Positions 44,793 through 59,284 of a stretch of DNA of 64,000 nucleotides are shown one piece after another. The first letter of the stretch is position 1. Every line of letters starts with the position of its first letter. The stretch covers positions 28,212,001-28,276,000 of the forward strand of contig NC_058383.1 in NCBI RefSeq assembly GCF_018350175.1, read 5' to 3'. A model generated the notes under the pieces. That model ran no database searches. It was given only the letters and a program-made list of their open reading frames with translations, and was not told the origin of the DNA. This DNA comes from Felis catus. Taxonomy: Eukaryota. The position numbers and the translations under genes were made by a program.

Positions 44793-45333
44793 GGGGGCAC
44801 CTGGGTGGCGCAGTCGGTTAAGCGTCCGACTTCGGCCAGGTCACGATCTTGCGGTCCGTGAGTTCGAGCCCCGCGTCGGGCTCTGGGCTGATGGCTCGGA
44901 GCCTGGAGCCTGTTTCCGATTCTGTGTCTCCCTCTCTCTCTGCCCCTCCCCGTTCATGCTCTGTCTCTGTCTGTCCCAAAAATAAATAAAAAACGTTGGA
45001 AAAAAAAAGAGGGTAGGGGGACTGTCCCAGATGACAAGGGACTTGTAGAAACGATGACCAAAGGCAGTGGTCCCACGTAAGGGTTAAAAACTTGCTACCA
45101 GTGGGGGCACCTGGGTGGCTCAGTCGGTTAAGCGTCCGACTTCAGCTCATGTCATGATCTCACAGTCCGTGGGTTTGAGACCCGTCTAAGACTCTATGCT
45201 GACAGCTCAGGGCCTGCAGCCTGCTCCAGATTCTGCATCTCCCTCTCTCTCTATCCCTCCTCCACTCGCACTCTGTCTCTCTCTCAAAAGTAGATAAAGA
45301 TTTAAAAAAATAATAATTAAAAAATTAAAAAAA
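44793..45333 (+). mobile_element. Two Can-SINEs (~44793-45008 young; ~45103-45333)
   Basis: TSDs aaaaagagggtaggggg and aaaaacttgctaccagtgg. Confidence 0.92.
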
Positions 45334-45759
45334 CTTGCTACCAGTGGATTACTAAGTCCCTGAGATACAATGCAGAGTGACCACAAGTCACTCAAGTTGG
45401 CATCTTATTGGTTGCCACCAGAAAAAGGAAACGAAAATCATGTGATGTGACAGAGGTGTTAGGTAACATGCCAGAGGTAATGCCATTGCAATACGCCAGC
45501 ATATGAAATCAACACGCTGTGTGTACCTTGAATTTAAGCAACGGTACTTATCAACTCTATCTCACTAAAGATAAGTTGAAAAAAAAAAAGCAGAAGAAAT
45601 TTATGCTGAAGCATTTATGGGTGCAATGTCAAGAGGTCTGGGATTTGCTTTGAAATTCTTCAGGGGCACCTGGCTGGTTAAGTCTGTGAAGAATGCGACT
45701 CTTGATCTCAGGGCTGTGAGTTCAAGCCCTGAGTTGGGTGTACAGCTTACTTAAAATCT

Positions 45760-45760
<1 letters not shown>

Positions 45761-45810
<50 letters not shown>
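45761..45810. repeat. (GATA)n STR in the tail of a short SINE (~45663-45760)
   Basis: About 12 perfect units. Confidence 0.95.
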
Positions 45811-46011
45811 ATAAATAAGTTTCTTCAGCAGAGAAAGAAAGGAAGGAAGTGGGGCAGGAGAGGAGACAAGAAGATTTAGATGAACCAAGTGTGGCAAAAT
45901 GTTGAATCTGGGGGAGTGCTACACACAGTTCATTATTATTATACTGTTCTCTCCCTACCTGTGTGTACGTCTGAATTTACTCATAATAAAAGGGGGTTTT
46001 ATTTGCTGGCT

Positions 46012-46230
46012 TATTTTTTTTTTAAGTTTATTTATTTATTGGAAGAGAGAGAGAAAGCACAAGTGGGGGAAGGGCAGAGAGAGAGAAAGGGAGGGAGGGA
46101 GAGAATCTCAAGGAGGCTCCACATGGCCAGCACGGAGCCCAACACAGGGCTTTAACCCACGAACTAACTATGAGATCATGACCTGAGGCGAAGTCAGATG
46201 CTTACCCGACTGAGCCACCCAGAAGCCCCC
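46012..46230 (-). mobile_element. Can-SINE
   Basis: Reverse-complement full element. Confidence 0.87.
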
Positions 46231-46818
46231 ATTTCCTTGTTTATTTTATTTTTTTTAATAAAGCATACCAACAGAGCTGTACAACCCAATCTTAAGGCTG
46301 ATCTGTGGCTGCAAATGGGGTTTTCAACATGAACGTGTTCAACACTGGTGAGAAAAACACGAAAAATACTACCGGCAGGAAAGTGGTGGGAGCGTCACAG
46401 AGCGACTAAGTGGCCGGTTTCCTCTCTTTACAGGGTCACTGTGTGGACCTTATTAACGCTGGGTGGGTCTGGGTTGGGGTTTTTCCAATGGTGGGTCAAG
46501 GCCCATCAGTGGGTTGTGAAATCAATTTAGTAAGTCCAGAGGTGCATTCTTTGAAAAAACAGGTGAAGACAGGGCAGGGTGGGACAGACCAGATCAGAAC
46601 AGGATAAAATATTTCAGAATCTTACAGAGCACCTGGCTGCACTCAATATTTGCTTTGTATGCTCAAATGTGAGTTCCTCGCCAAGAGGTAAAACGGATTC
46701 CTTTCTTTGGGCTATGAGCAGACCAGCACGAAAGCCCCCCGTGGGGGCCTCGTCGAGCCAACCGGGCACGGTGGGACGGGTCACACAGAGGGAGCGGTAC
46801 AGAGGGGGATTTGCGTCA

Positions 46819-47055
<237 letters not shown>

Positions 47056-47732
47056 TTACTGACTTGTGTCCCCTGGGCAGTGTGGTCAGGCCTGCCCCGT
47101 GACAGGCCGCCAGAGGCAGGTGAAAACGCCTAAGACAGTGTCTAGAACACGGCAAGCACTCACTAAACACTCAAAGAACTAGACAGGTGAGTGACCAGGA
47201 GCTGGAAGTCGTGGCCTCTGTACCAACCTTCTCCAAAGCACACCGTACAGATATTCAGAGAACTCCTCAGGAGTGGAATCGCACCTCTGGGCCGTTGCCC
47301 CTGCAACCTTCTCTGCCGGAAACGACCTTCCATCCAGACCGTGGCCTGGCTCCTCCCGCTGACCCTCCGAGAGGCCACCCCACCCCCCTCTGCCTGAAAC
47401 AACCCTGTGACTGCACCTACTGCACCTCCCGCATGTCACAGCACCTACTGCTACCTTTTACTGCAGGACTGTAGGTATTTGTTGTCGGTCTCTTGCACTA
47501 CAACATGACCTCCACCAAGTCAGGCGTGGGGTTTGTCCCGGGCAGCATTCTCGGTACCTAGGCCAATCCCCAGGCAGGATACCTCCTCTCGCCACGCCTC
47601 ACACGTCTGATCCGTGAAATGGGTGTGGAGGCGACGGGGAATGCCGCTATTTCAAGTTCCTTCCAGCTCACAGAATTTATGATTTTATATCCCCAGGAAA
47701 GGAACATTTAAAAAAAAAGGGGGGGGGGATCC

Positions 47733-48142
47733 GGGCACCTGGGTGGCTCAGCGGACTGAGCGTCCGACTTCGGCTCAGGTCATGATCTTGAGGTTCGAGC
47801 CCCACGTCAGGTTCTGTGCTGTCAGCGTGGAGCCCACTGTGGATCCTCTGTTCCTCTCTCTCTCTCTCTGCCTGTTCCCTGCCTGCGCTCTCTCAAAACT
47901 AAGTAAAACATTAAAAAAAAAAGAGGGGCACCTGGGTGGCTCAGTCAGTTAAGCGTCCAACTGTGGCTCAGGTCATGATCTCATGGTTCGTGGGTTTGAG
48001 CCCCATGTCGGGCTCTGTGCTGACGGCTCAGAGCCTGGAGCCTGCTTTGGATTCTGTGTCTCCCTCTCTCTCCCCTCCCCCGCTCACCCTTTGTCTCTCT
48101 CTCTCTCTCAAAAATAAATATTAAAAAAAATTAAAAAATAAA
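47733..48142 (+). mobile_element. Two tandem Can-SINEs
   Basis: Heads at ~47733 and ~47925. Confidence 0.9.
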
Positions 48143-49119
48143 AGGGAAAACAAAAATAACGGCCAAAGGTACCACTTTTCCCAGAAGTCAGACTTGCATT
48201 AAGCCCTGGGGTGCCTCCTGGGATTTTACTATGCAGGCTGCAGGCCGACCAGGATGGGGGTTCAGTTGTCTGAGACAGCAGCACATTACCTCCCTGACCA
48301 GGAGAAAGGGAGGACGCCCTCAATAATCCAGGGCCGGGCTGCTCAGCTGGGGAGGGAGGCATGAGATCACCAGGGGGATTTCTGTGCCTCTCCCTTTACT
48401 GCTGGTGACACAGAATTGCCAGGTGTTGCCGGGCGAGGCCAGTAACAGGTGCCCCACGAGATCACCCAGGACACGCTATCAGAAGCAATCTGGACAACCC
48501 TGCCCCCCACATCAGCCCCAGGATCACAGAGCCATTAAAGGCTTTCCCTGTGGGAAATAAACTGCCCAGGCCTCTGCCTTTCTAAGCTCAGGGCAGGCTG
48601 CCGGGAGCCAGGATGTCTGAGTTTGAGCCCTGTCCCTGGTGCGGCAGTGGTCCAGGGCATTTTCAGGGTGTCTGCTGCCTCATTTCTTTGCTACCTACCG
48701 GAGGGTAACACAGCTTAAAAATGAAAACCAACAGCTTTGCCGGGAGTCAGCTGTGTGACCCTGTGTCACCTCCCGACTCCAAGCAAGCCTCTGCGTTCCT
48801 ATCTACAAAATAAGGGAATCCGGCTCCACGTGCACGGGGCTGCTGGCCGCGACAAAGCAGGCATTTAAGCAAAGTGCTTAGCACACTGCCCGGGACACGG
48901 TAAAACGCAATATATGGCAGCTGTTTTTATTTCTGGTTACAGGACCCAGTCCAAACTCCTTGGTCCACTCTTCCAAAGAATCTATTCACCGGGCCCCAAG
49001 GGCAAGGCACTGCAACGGAGAGCTGGAGCTGGTTCCTGTTCTGGCTCTGAGACATCAACAAGCTACGTGACGCACTAGCCTCTCAGCTGAAGACACTCTC
49101 ACTCAAATGCCCGAGAGAT

Positions 49120-49692
49120 CCACACAAAGGAACAGTATTCAGCCATAAAAAGGAATGAAGTGCTGACACGTGCTACAATATGGATGACCCGTGAAGACAC
49201 GATGCTAAATCAAAGAGAAGCCAGAACGAGCATCAGAGACCGTGTCTTATGTGATCCCAGGGATAGCAAACGTCCACAAGAGGCAAACTACAGAGACAGA
49301 AAGGAGATGAGTGGGGCGCCTGGGTGGCTCAGTGGGTCAGGCGTCCAACTCTAGGTTTTGGCTCAGGTCATGATCCCACGGTTCGGGGGTTCGAGCCCCA
49401 GGTTCAGCTCCACACTGGCAGCACGGAGCCTGCTTGGGATTCTTTCTCTCCCTCTCTCTGACTCTTCTCTGCTTGTTTTCTCTTTCTCAAAATAGATAAA
49501 CATTAAAAAAAAAAAAGTAGGTTAACGTGTGCTAGAGCTGGGAGAGTAGGGAGGGACTGTCAGTGACTACAGGGCTCCCTTCTGGGCTGTTAGAAATGTT
49601 CTGGAACTAGACAGTGCTGATGGTTGCACAACAACCTTGTGAACATATTAAACACCACTGGGCTGTATGCTTTAAAACAGTGAATTGTATCT

Positions 49693-49723
<31 letters not shown>
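49120..49723 (+). mobile_element. Old L1 3' end with an A tail, interrupted by a Can-SINE (~49313-49516)
   Basis: tattcagccataaaaaggaatgaagtgctgacacgtgctacaatatggatga...gatggttgcacaac; A run at ~49697-49723. Confidence 0.8.
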
Positions 49724-49724
<1 letters not shown>

Positions 49725-52103
49725 CTAAGAACAAAAAAACCACCTCCCTAAAGTCAGTCTGCTTTACTTAGTGGAGAAGCCAAGTCTTGACTCAGGCCCC
49801 AGGGCTTGTCTGGTTTGTAAAATCCTTTCCCTGTAACTTGCCTGACCTCCTCTCCTATCCTCCGCCCACTTGTGCCATTCCAGCCCCAGTGGCCTCCATG
49901 ACTATTCCCTCTATGGGGTGGGCACAGTCCTGCCACAGGGCCTTTGCATGTGCTTTTCCCTCTCCCTGGTAGGGGCCCTCACTTCCACTGGGCCTTTACT
50001 CAAGCGTCACCTCCTCAGTGAGGCGCTCAACCACCCTTTTTAAAACCACAAGCCCTCCCTACTGCTCTGTCTCGCATCTTTTTCTTTTCCGTAGCCCCAC
50101 GGATTAGCGTGCTATATGGTGTATTTACTATCCGCACGAAGACAGGGAGCAACCGCACGTGGCCCATCAGTTCCACAGCCCTGGCTTCTCCAGGAAGTGG
50201 AGTTCATTCTTCCTCAACGACTAATTTAGCACCTGCTGTGTACCGGCACTGTGTGGCGAGGAGCGAGGCAGGCTGGGCGTTCCTGAGACTCACAGTCTGG
50301 GGGAGGCAGGTGTCAACGGAGTTCTCTCCAGCAGCGGGGTATCTGGACGTGTGCGGAGGCGAGTGGGGTCAGCGCAAAGACTGGGGCTGTAGGCGAGTGG
50401 GGGGCTGGAGTGTGCCGCAGCCTTGTAATGGGTGAAAGTCAAGGAGGTGAGGAGTTTTCTGCAAGCAATGAAGAACAAGGGTGCCGCTCCAAGAGCTAAG
50501 AGTGCCTCCACATTGAGAACTGCAGCTCACAGGTGAGCCCATCTACTCCAGCCCAACTCCTCTTGTGTGTGTGTACCTGTGTTCTTTCTGTCTGCCCAGC
50601 ATCCATTCCTGCTGTGGTTACAATACCGCAATTTTCTTTTGGGAAACAAAATCTCTCCGAGTACCAGGACGTGACTTTGGCCATAAATGAACTGCCCCAA
50701 AGGAAACCCCATGGAGAATGCAGAGCTGAGAGACAGAGAGGGGGTCATTCCCTTTGAAATACCTAGATCCAGCCATTCCTGAAACCCCACTCATGCTCAA
50801 AACCAGCACTTTCCTATACTTTTCAATTTTGTGACTTAAAAATCCCACTTTTTTTTTAACTCTAGGTTTCTGCCAATTGAAAAATAGTTCCTAACATGGC
50901 TTATTCAAATCTTTTACTCATTCAGGTTTTCTTCACATTACATTTAATGAATGTGTACCACGTGCCCAGAGATACAAGCAGAGGAAAAAAAAAAAAAAGA
51001 TAAGGTCCATGTATGATCTGATCAGCAGAGAATAATTGCCATATGGAATGATAATCGTCCTAACGAAGGGAGATACAGGGTAAGTAGAAGGCGAAAAGCT
51101 CATAAATCTTCTAAGACAGAAAATGCTAAATATTGACGGCTGCCTGGGGCTACTATTTTAGCAAAGTGCATTAAGCGTACATGATAGATGCCAGGCTCTG
51201 CATTTCAGAAAAACAGGCCCATTAATCCCGCCACAATGTCAGCCCTGCTCCTGTCTGACCTCCCTAGGCCTCTGTCTTCCATCAACCCTACTGGGGGGTA
51301 AACACCTCATCATTCTTGAAGCGCAGGAATTCGCCAGTGGAAAGAATAGGCCAACACCTTCCAAGAGAACCAAACGCTACATATTTCATCCTAATGTAGT
51401 CAGAGGCTTAGGTGTCTGGGCCGGGGCCACGGTCCCCAGGTGACACCCAGGCTCATCGGTTTCATGCCCAGCAACTTAATGGACTCCGCCTCTGGGAGCC
51501 CGCTGCCCCTGCCTTCCCCCATCCCCACTGTGGCAAATTCACAGTCCAGAAAAGCCAGTCCCCCTCTTAAGCATCTCCTGGGCCATGGCTTTCTGGCGGA
51601 GGCTAGGGCAGGAGACGTGAAGTGAAAAGTCAGCACATACAGGGGACAAGCTAGAAACAATACACTGGGTCAGAGGACCTGAGGACCAGAGGACCAGAAC
51701 CAAGGGTCATGGGAAAAGGCTTCCCCAACTGAAGTCTAACCAAACCCACAGATTAAAAAACCCTGTCACTTACTCCCCCTGGCTGCAGATCTTTACCTAT
51801 TAGAAAAAAAACAAAAAGTACAATTCAAAACGCCTTGGATTTCTTTATGATTTGCCATCACTTGTATGAAAGTAAAGTAAATAAAAGAGATGCATAGGTT
51901 TAATTACATTTATTATGTATAGTCACTGCTATGCTGATTTATGCACAGGCTTTCTGTGCACTCAAAAAAAAAAAAAAAAAGAAAGAAAGAAGCTGAGTGA
52001 CTAGGGCTGAAGAGGAAAAAGGCTGTGCCTTTCCCTGCAGACCAGCAGTTCTCAACTGGAGGGACACCTGACAAAGTCTGGAGACACCTGTGATGGTCAC
52101 ATT

Positions 52104-52348
52104 GCACAGAGCCTGACGCTATCTCACAAACTGTGAGATCATGGCCTGAGCTGAACCCAAGAGTCGGACGCTTAACTGAGCCACCCAGGGGCCCCACGTC
52201 CAACTCTTGATTTTGGAACAGTCATGATGTCATGGTTCGAGCTGACAGCACAGAGCCTGCTTGGGATTCTGTCTCCCTCCCTCTCTGCCCCTCCCCTGCT
52301 TGCATTCTTTCTCTCTCAAAATAGGCAAAACTAAAATTAAAAAAAAAA
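52104..52348. mobile_element. Two partial Can-SINEs fused in opposite orientation
   Basis: - 5' half at 52104-52195 abuts a + copy lacking its first ~30 nt. Confidence 0.75.
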
Positions 52349-52964
52349 TGAGTATCACCTGTGCAAAGGAGAATATTTAATAGTTACAAACACACAGAAA
52401 CTATTTAACAGTTTAAAGGAAAAATAATCAAAAGCACACCCTATATAACCACCATCCAGTCTTCGAATACTTTTTACTTCTAAAAACCAAAGAAAGCCAT
52501 CAGAGACCTGGAGAAAGTTAGGGAGACCGGAGTGTTCTGAAAGAATGAGCTGGCAGAACCTTCTAGCCCAGAAGGCTGGTGCACGTGAGCCAGAAAGGAT
52601 CGAACAGAACTCGGAGTCCCAGAACAGCTAAAAGATGTCACTTCACGTGCCAACTGTAGTCAGCTGACAGCAATCACCTGGCGGGCCGCCTGGGAGAGAA
52701 CCCCATGACTGGCTGGGGATGTCCAGGGTGGGCATGGGAACGGGGGGCAGGCAGGGGCCCACACGTGACAAGCCCTGTGGCCTAACCCCTTCGTGTTTCT
52801 TTTGCAAAAACCCAGAGGCAGGGAGGTAGACTGACCGGCCTCAGGGCACACCGCGAGCTGGCAGTAAAATTCAGCAGGCATCCAGACTCCAAGCCAGGGT
52901 TCCAATCCTGTTTTTGTCTGGCCCACGCGCTTAAACCATTTTACACGATTCATTTTTTTTTTTT

Positions 52965-53535
52965 AAATATCAAAATAATAGTATTTTATGACCCAGGAAG
53001 ATGACATGAAGTTCAAATCTCAGGGCCTATAAATACATTTTTACAGGAACACAGCCACGTCCGTTTATGGAGGTATTATGCACGGCCACACTGGCAGACG
53101 ACAAGAGTTGGGGCAAACGCTGGATGGCTCACAATGTCTACAACATTCACGAACTGCTCCTTTGTAGAAAAGGTTTGCTCACTTCTGCTTTTTGCCAGCG
53201 TTTCTCAAACTTCAATGTGCGTACCCACCACCTGGGTGCGGGGCGGAGGTGTTCAGTAAATTCAGATCCTGTTTTAGGCCGGTCTGCAGTCGGGCCTGAG
53301 TCTCCATTTCTAATAAGCGACTTGGCGATGCTGGTGCTACTGGGCCTCGGACCACACTGTCAACAGTGGGCATCTACTCCACTCCTCAAAGTGTGGACCC
53401 CAACCAAGGGCAATCGGTAACGCCAGGGAACCCTTCAGCAATGCAAATACTCAGGCCCCACCCAGACCTACTGGGTCTTGTTTCAACAAGCCTCCCAGGT
53501 GATTCTGATGTGGGCTTGAGTTGGATCCTCACTGC
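52965..53535. mobile_element. MER58-like and MER5-like hAT relics
   Basis: ttttacaggaacacagccac...aaaaggtttgct; tttctcaaactt..., actcctcaaagtgtggaccc...caggtgattctgatg. Confidence 0.65.
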
Positions 53536-53885
53536 TTTCCACCCCACTACCTCCTGGGCGAGTTCAGACTCTGGGAGACATGAAGTCGAGCCTGATGAAA
53601 AACCCAGCGTCAGAGGGAACACACTTTGCCACACCCTGAAAATGCAAGACTTTCCTTAAACATTCCACCTGTGACTCGAATGAAGCTGATAATACTGTAA
53701 TAGAAAAGCTTCCCATTTATGAAAACGTGTGACTGCAGTTCACAGAAATCTCCCGTAAGAATATATATTCACCAACAGGGCTGAGAAATAACAGTCATTA
53801 TTAGGACAGCATTAAAATAATCATGATATAATTAAAAATATAAAGACACAAAAAAATGAACCCGGGGGCATGATTCTTAACTATA

Positions 53886-54303
53886 TATTTTTTAAGTTTA
53901 TTTATTTTGAGAGAGAGAGAGACAGTGTGAGTGGGGGAGAGGCAGAGAGAGAGGGAGAAAGAATCCCAAGCAGACTCTGCACTGTCAGCACAGAGCCGGA
54001 TGTGGGGCTCGAACTCATGAAATGGGGAGATCATAACCTGAGCTGAAGTCAGACACTCAACCCACTAAGCCACCCAGGTGCCCCTATTCTTCTTTTTTTT
54101 TTTTTTAGTGTTTATTTTTGATAGAGAAAGACAGAGTGTGAGTAGGGGAGGGGCAGAGAGAGAGGGAGACACAGAATCGGAAACAGGCTCCAGGCTCTGA
54201 GGTGTCAGCACAGAGCCCGACGTGGGACTCAAACTCATGAACCATGAGATCATGACCTGAGCCGAAGTCGGACGCTCAACCGACTGAGCCACCCAGGCGC
54301 CCC
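53886..54303 (-). mobile_element. Two tandem Can-SINEs
   Basis: Heads at 54084 and 54303, both followed by tattctt; attcttaactat flanks the pair. Confidence 0.9.
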
Positions 54304-54596
54304 TATTCTTAACTATTCTTAACAGTGCGCTGTGCCTCAGGGGTTTCCACAGCCCACCTTTATATGGTCTCATGGTCTAGGGGTAGAAACTTTGTCTTTA
54401 AACTTTCAAAGTTGGCCAGCCAGGGAAAGACCCATTAAAGGATTCAAGACTTGCATATTGGAACATTCAATGCAACACGGATCATAATAGCAAAGAACAG
54501 GGACTATCCTAAAAAGCCAGCAGTAAGAGATCGCTTAAGTCCACTCCGGCACATTCACGCACTGACCATCCGCGCTTCGTTACAACAGATGAAGCA

Positions 54597-54797
54597 GGGC
54601 GCCTGGGTGGCTCCGTCGGTTACGCGTCCGACTCTCGATTTCAGCTCAGGTCATGATCGCACAGTACATCAGTTTAAGCCCCGCATCGGGCTCTGCGCTG
54701 ACAGTGTAGAGCCTGCTTGGGATTCCCACCCCCTCCCTCGCTCCCACTCTGCCCCTCCCCTGTTCATGTGCGCTCTCTCTTCCAAAATAAATAAACA
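54597..54797 (+). mobile_element. Can-SINE inside an L1-like relic
   Basis: TSD aacagatgaagcag at 54584-54597 and 54798-54811. Confidence 0.92.
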
Positions 54798-55523
54798 AAC
54801 AGATGAAGCAGATGTGAATGCACGAAATGGTCATATCTCAAAGTACAAAAGAGGTATAGGACGCTAAGTATGTATGACTCTGTGAATATATTAAAAATAT
54901 TTTTTTTTTTACCAACTACATCCACAAATATTTCTTTTCTAAAAAGACACATGAAACTGTCGCTTTGGAGGAAAGGGACAGACGGAAGGGAAGACAATAT
55001 ATTTTCATCTTCGGACTTTCTGAATCGTTTCACCTGTTGTTTTTACAGTGAATGACCAGTATGTGTTGAGCACCTACTATGCACTATTGTATGCACTGAG
55101 GGTGTAGCAATAAACAGAGAAGACACAGTCCCTGCCTTCCCGGAGCTGACATTCTAGTGGAGACAGACAGACAGTAAACAAGGACATTGTGCGGCGCGTC
55201 TGGCTCTGCCACCTCCACGGTTTGTGACCAGCCGGCAAGAGATCAGAAGCTGACTCTGTAATGTAGCCCAAGTGTGGCACCAAGAACACCGCTGGGTTCA
55301 GCTGGTCTGCTTTCGTAGGAAGACGCTCTCAGGGAAGGAAGCAGGGAGCCTGACTGACATTCTGGCACAAATTTCTTATCTCGTGAGCCCAGCAAGCAGT
55401 TCCTGAACTGGCTACTTTGGAGTGTCCCTGGGCTGGAAGCTACTGAGTGCTGCTGAATAACATAAATTTGTGGGGAGGGAGCACTTCGTGAAGGGAGTGG
55501 GAGAAGAGGGCCCTGCTGACTCA

Positions 55524-55931
<408 letters not shown>

Positions 55932-57303
55932 TTACACCAGAGAAAAAACTGCTTTGGATCCCTTCCGCTGGACGTAGAGACACCAGTTAGATTTAGATTT
56001 GCGAAGCAGGTGTCCAGGAAAGAAGAAAGGCAGGGGTCCTACTCTGCTAATCCAAACACAAGACAGATAATGATGCTGGACTTATTTTCCCCTCCATTTT
56101 TTTAGCTTCTTTACTGGGCCATACCACTGTGAAATGCTGCTAATACCATCTGGCATTTTCCAGATGCATCTGACATGCACCTAGTCACTGAAGGCTCTCA
56201 AGAACCTATCATGAGTGCCATGGTCACTCCTGGGTCACAGATGAGGACGCTTCTTTTTTTTGTCACGTGAAGCAGAAACCAGTGACTGAAGTGGTTTCAA
56301 GGGAGGGCCGTAGGGACAGAGCCTCTTCGCTGTTTAACCTATTCCCACCCGCACCTGCTGAGGCCTCTTTCCAACAGGACCCAGGTCCTGGGATGCATCT
56401 CCTACTGCGTCATTGATGTGGCCAAGCGCTCTCAGCTGAAATCCCACAGGCACATCATAAATAGCCATCAATAGGGGATGAGAGACAAAAACCTCGACCC
56501 CTCTCTGTTTCGGACCATCTCGCACCAGCTCAAGAGAATGAAGTCAGGCCCCACACTACACCACAGAAAAATCCCTGAGACGCGGTGACAAATGCTAAAA
56601 CCGTGCTGGCCAAATGGGTCGGTGTATAAACATATATGATGGTAACAGCACAAAACACACACACAAAAAACACACCAGACCCAACTAGATAATGAGATCT
56701 CTCTATAAATACATGTAAAGTTCTAGAAGGCTTTGCTTTGGTGTGTTCACTGGGACTAAGGGAGCAGGGAAGGGGGCATTCCCTTTTAATCTACACACTG
56801 TGTATCCACTGAACATCTTTTATAAGGAAAAGGCATGCGCTGTTGTTACTTGGATGTTTTAAAAGTTAAAAAGCATTTCTGAAAACAGTGGAAGGGTTAG
56901 CATAAGGTAATGGGCGGCGGGGAGTCAAGGTTAGTTTTTATTCCACTCTTGAAAATGCACATGAAACACATAAATGACTAAATTCCGTGGGAAATAAGGA
57001 ATTCTCGGAGGCCCACGGATGTGATTTTCGTCACTGGCCTGTGAGGCCTAACTATTTTGGGAGTTCTCAACCTTGGCTGTCCGTTGTCATCACTCTGGAA
57101 GCTTCAAGAACTGATGCCCAGGCCTTATCCATATTAGGTGAATCAGAATCCCGGAAAAAGAGCCCAGGCATCAGCATTTGCGAGAACTCCTCGGGGGATC
57201 CCAGCAGGGATGTGAGGCTGAGAACCCCTGGGCCTGGGCAGAGAGAACTCGGCTAAAATCCAAATGGAAAGGCGTCCAGCAAGGGCCTCCGCGTGGGGCC
57301 CTA

Positions 57304-57414
<111 letters not shown>

Positions 57415-57678
57415 CTAAGGACGGAAGAGAACACAGGCCTTCAACACAGGGCTTTCCAGCTGAGCCCCTCCACAGGGACTCCGCAGACCTGGCCCAGGGC
57501 ATTCAGGACAACTGTGTCACTTTTACCCCGTGACGGGCTGTTAGGAACTTTCAGATTTATTCCTGAGCATCTCTTGGGGTCCCACAACCCCTTTAAGAGC
57601 ATGCAGGCCCCTTATCTGAAACCCTGGGGTCCAGAGGAGATTCGCAAATTAGAACTTTAGGAAGGTATTGAGACGTTA

Positions 57679-58191
57679 AGCAGAAGAGAGTTAACACGGC
57701 CAGCCCAGCGCTTTATCTTGTTTAAAGGCCTGCTTTACAAATTTGGCCCCTGGCTGGGATCTGGGAGCTTGGATCTGGGGAGGGTTACCACCATTCTCAG
57801 GACTGGTAAGAGGGGCTCACCGGGCCTCAACTCTTTGCACAAACGATATGGTTTACGCAGAACCGCCCCTCCTTTGCCTTCTGGGAGTCTGCAAGTTTGT
57901 GCCAGGCAGAGTCTGCCTATGTGACCAGCCCCCGATTAAAACCCTGGGCGTCCGGTCTCTATCAAGCCTCCCTGGCTGGTAACATTTCACACGTTGTCAG
58001 AACTTGCTGCTGGGGAACTGAGTGCATCCTGTGTAACTCTGATGGGAGAGGACTCTTGGAAGTCTGTACCTGCTTCCCCCAGACTCCGCCCCCTGTGCCT
58101 TTACCCTCTGCTCATCCTGCTGTACAAATCAGGGCCATGAGTCTTCCTAGCAACTCGTCAGCCTGGCGGGGTCTTGGGGACCGCTGACACC
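57679..58191 (+). mobile_element. MER68-like ERVL solo LTR
   Basis: gcagaagagagttaaca...aaaggcctgctt...ccttctgggagtctg...gtgaccagcccc...gggagaggactcttggaag...gtcttggggaccgctgacac is colinear with the recalled MER68 consensus. Confidence 0.75.
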
Positions 58192-59067
58192 CGCGTGTCC
58201 CTACGCGCCCAATGGGGCCCTGGCAGTGCCCTCCCTAATCAAATACAGTGATTTTTCCAGCATCAAAACCAGAGTATTCACACTGAGAGAAATCGTCAAG
58301 ATCATAAGTACTTCACATCAGTTCAAGTAAGGTTTTGGCACCAAATGAATTAAGGAAAACTTTCAGAGCTTCTGGATTTGGGGATTTGTAGATAAGAGGC
58401 GGCAGACTTGTTCTGTTATCACAATTGCAGATAAGGGATCGACAGCCAGATTAAGAGGTCAGGATAAGCCACAGATCTACATCTTGTACCTTCTACACCT
58501 AAAGAGAAACAGCTTGAGAAACTGGCCCAGTGCACATGTACTCAGGAGCTACACACAGATGGAGCCAGAGGGTGATGTGATTTTTTTTTTTTTCCCATTC
58601 GGCATTTGGAAAACCAGGAGCGTTAGTCTCTTCCAGGTAATCACCCTCAGGGACAACAGTCCTCGTCTCCCCAAAGATGCTGCTGTTGCTCCAGACGGTT
58701 TGTGACGTATCTCCGTCCAGGGACGATTAATCCACCTTTGAGAATGAAGGTGATTTCTACCACCCACCTAAAGCGTTCAGAATGAACTCTGACAGCAAAT
58801 AGTAATGAAAAGACACTGGGCAGATCTATATCCCATGCACTGTTCTCTGAACATCACCTGCTTTGATTCATTCCTTGGTCCCAACATCCCTGTGATGAGA
58901 GGTACCGTTACCATCACCAATTTCCAAAGGAGTGACATCAAGTAACAAGGTCACAAAGCTGACGATGGAAGAGGCAAGGTTTGAACCCAAGCAGTCTGAC
59001 TCCTGAGCTCACTCCAGCATCGCGATCCTGTACAGTGTTTGTGATGGTCAAACAGAAATCCTATTCT

Positions 59068-59284
59068 CTTTCTTTCTTTTTTAATGTCTTTTTGTTTTTG
59101 AGAGAAAAAGACACAGAGAGGGAGCAGGGGAGGGACAGAGAGAGAGGGAGACACAATTTGAAGCAGGCTCCAGGCTCCGAGCTGTCATCACAGAGCCTGA
59201 CGTGGGGCTCGAACTCACGAACTGTGAGACCAGGACCTGAGCCGAAGTCAGACGCTCAACCGACTGAGCCACCCAGGCGCCCCG
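59068..59284 (-). mobile_element. Can-SINE
   Basis: TSD agaaatcctatt on both sides. Confidence 0.9.
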
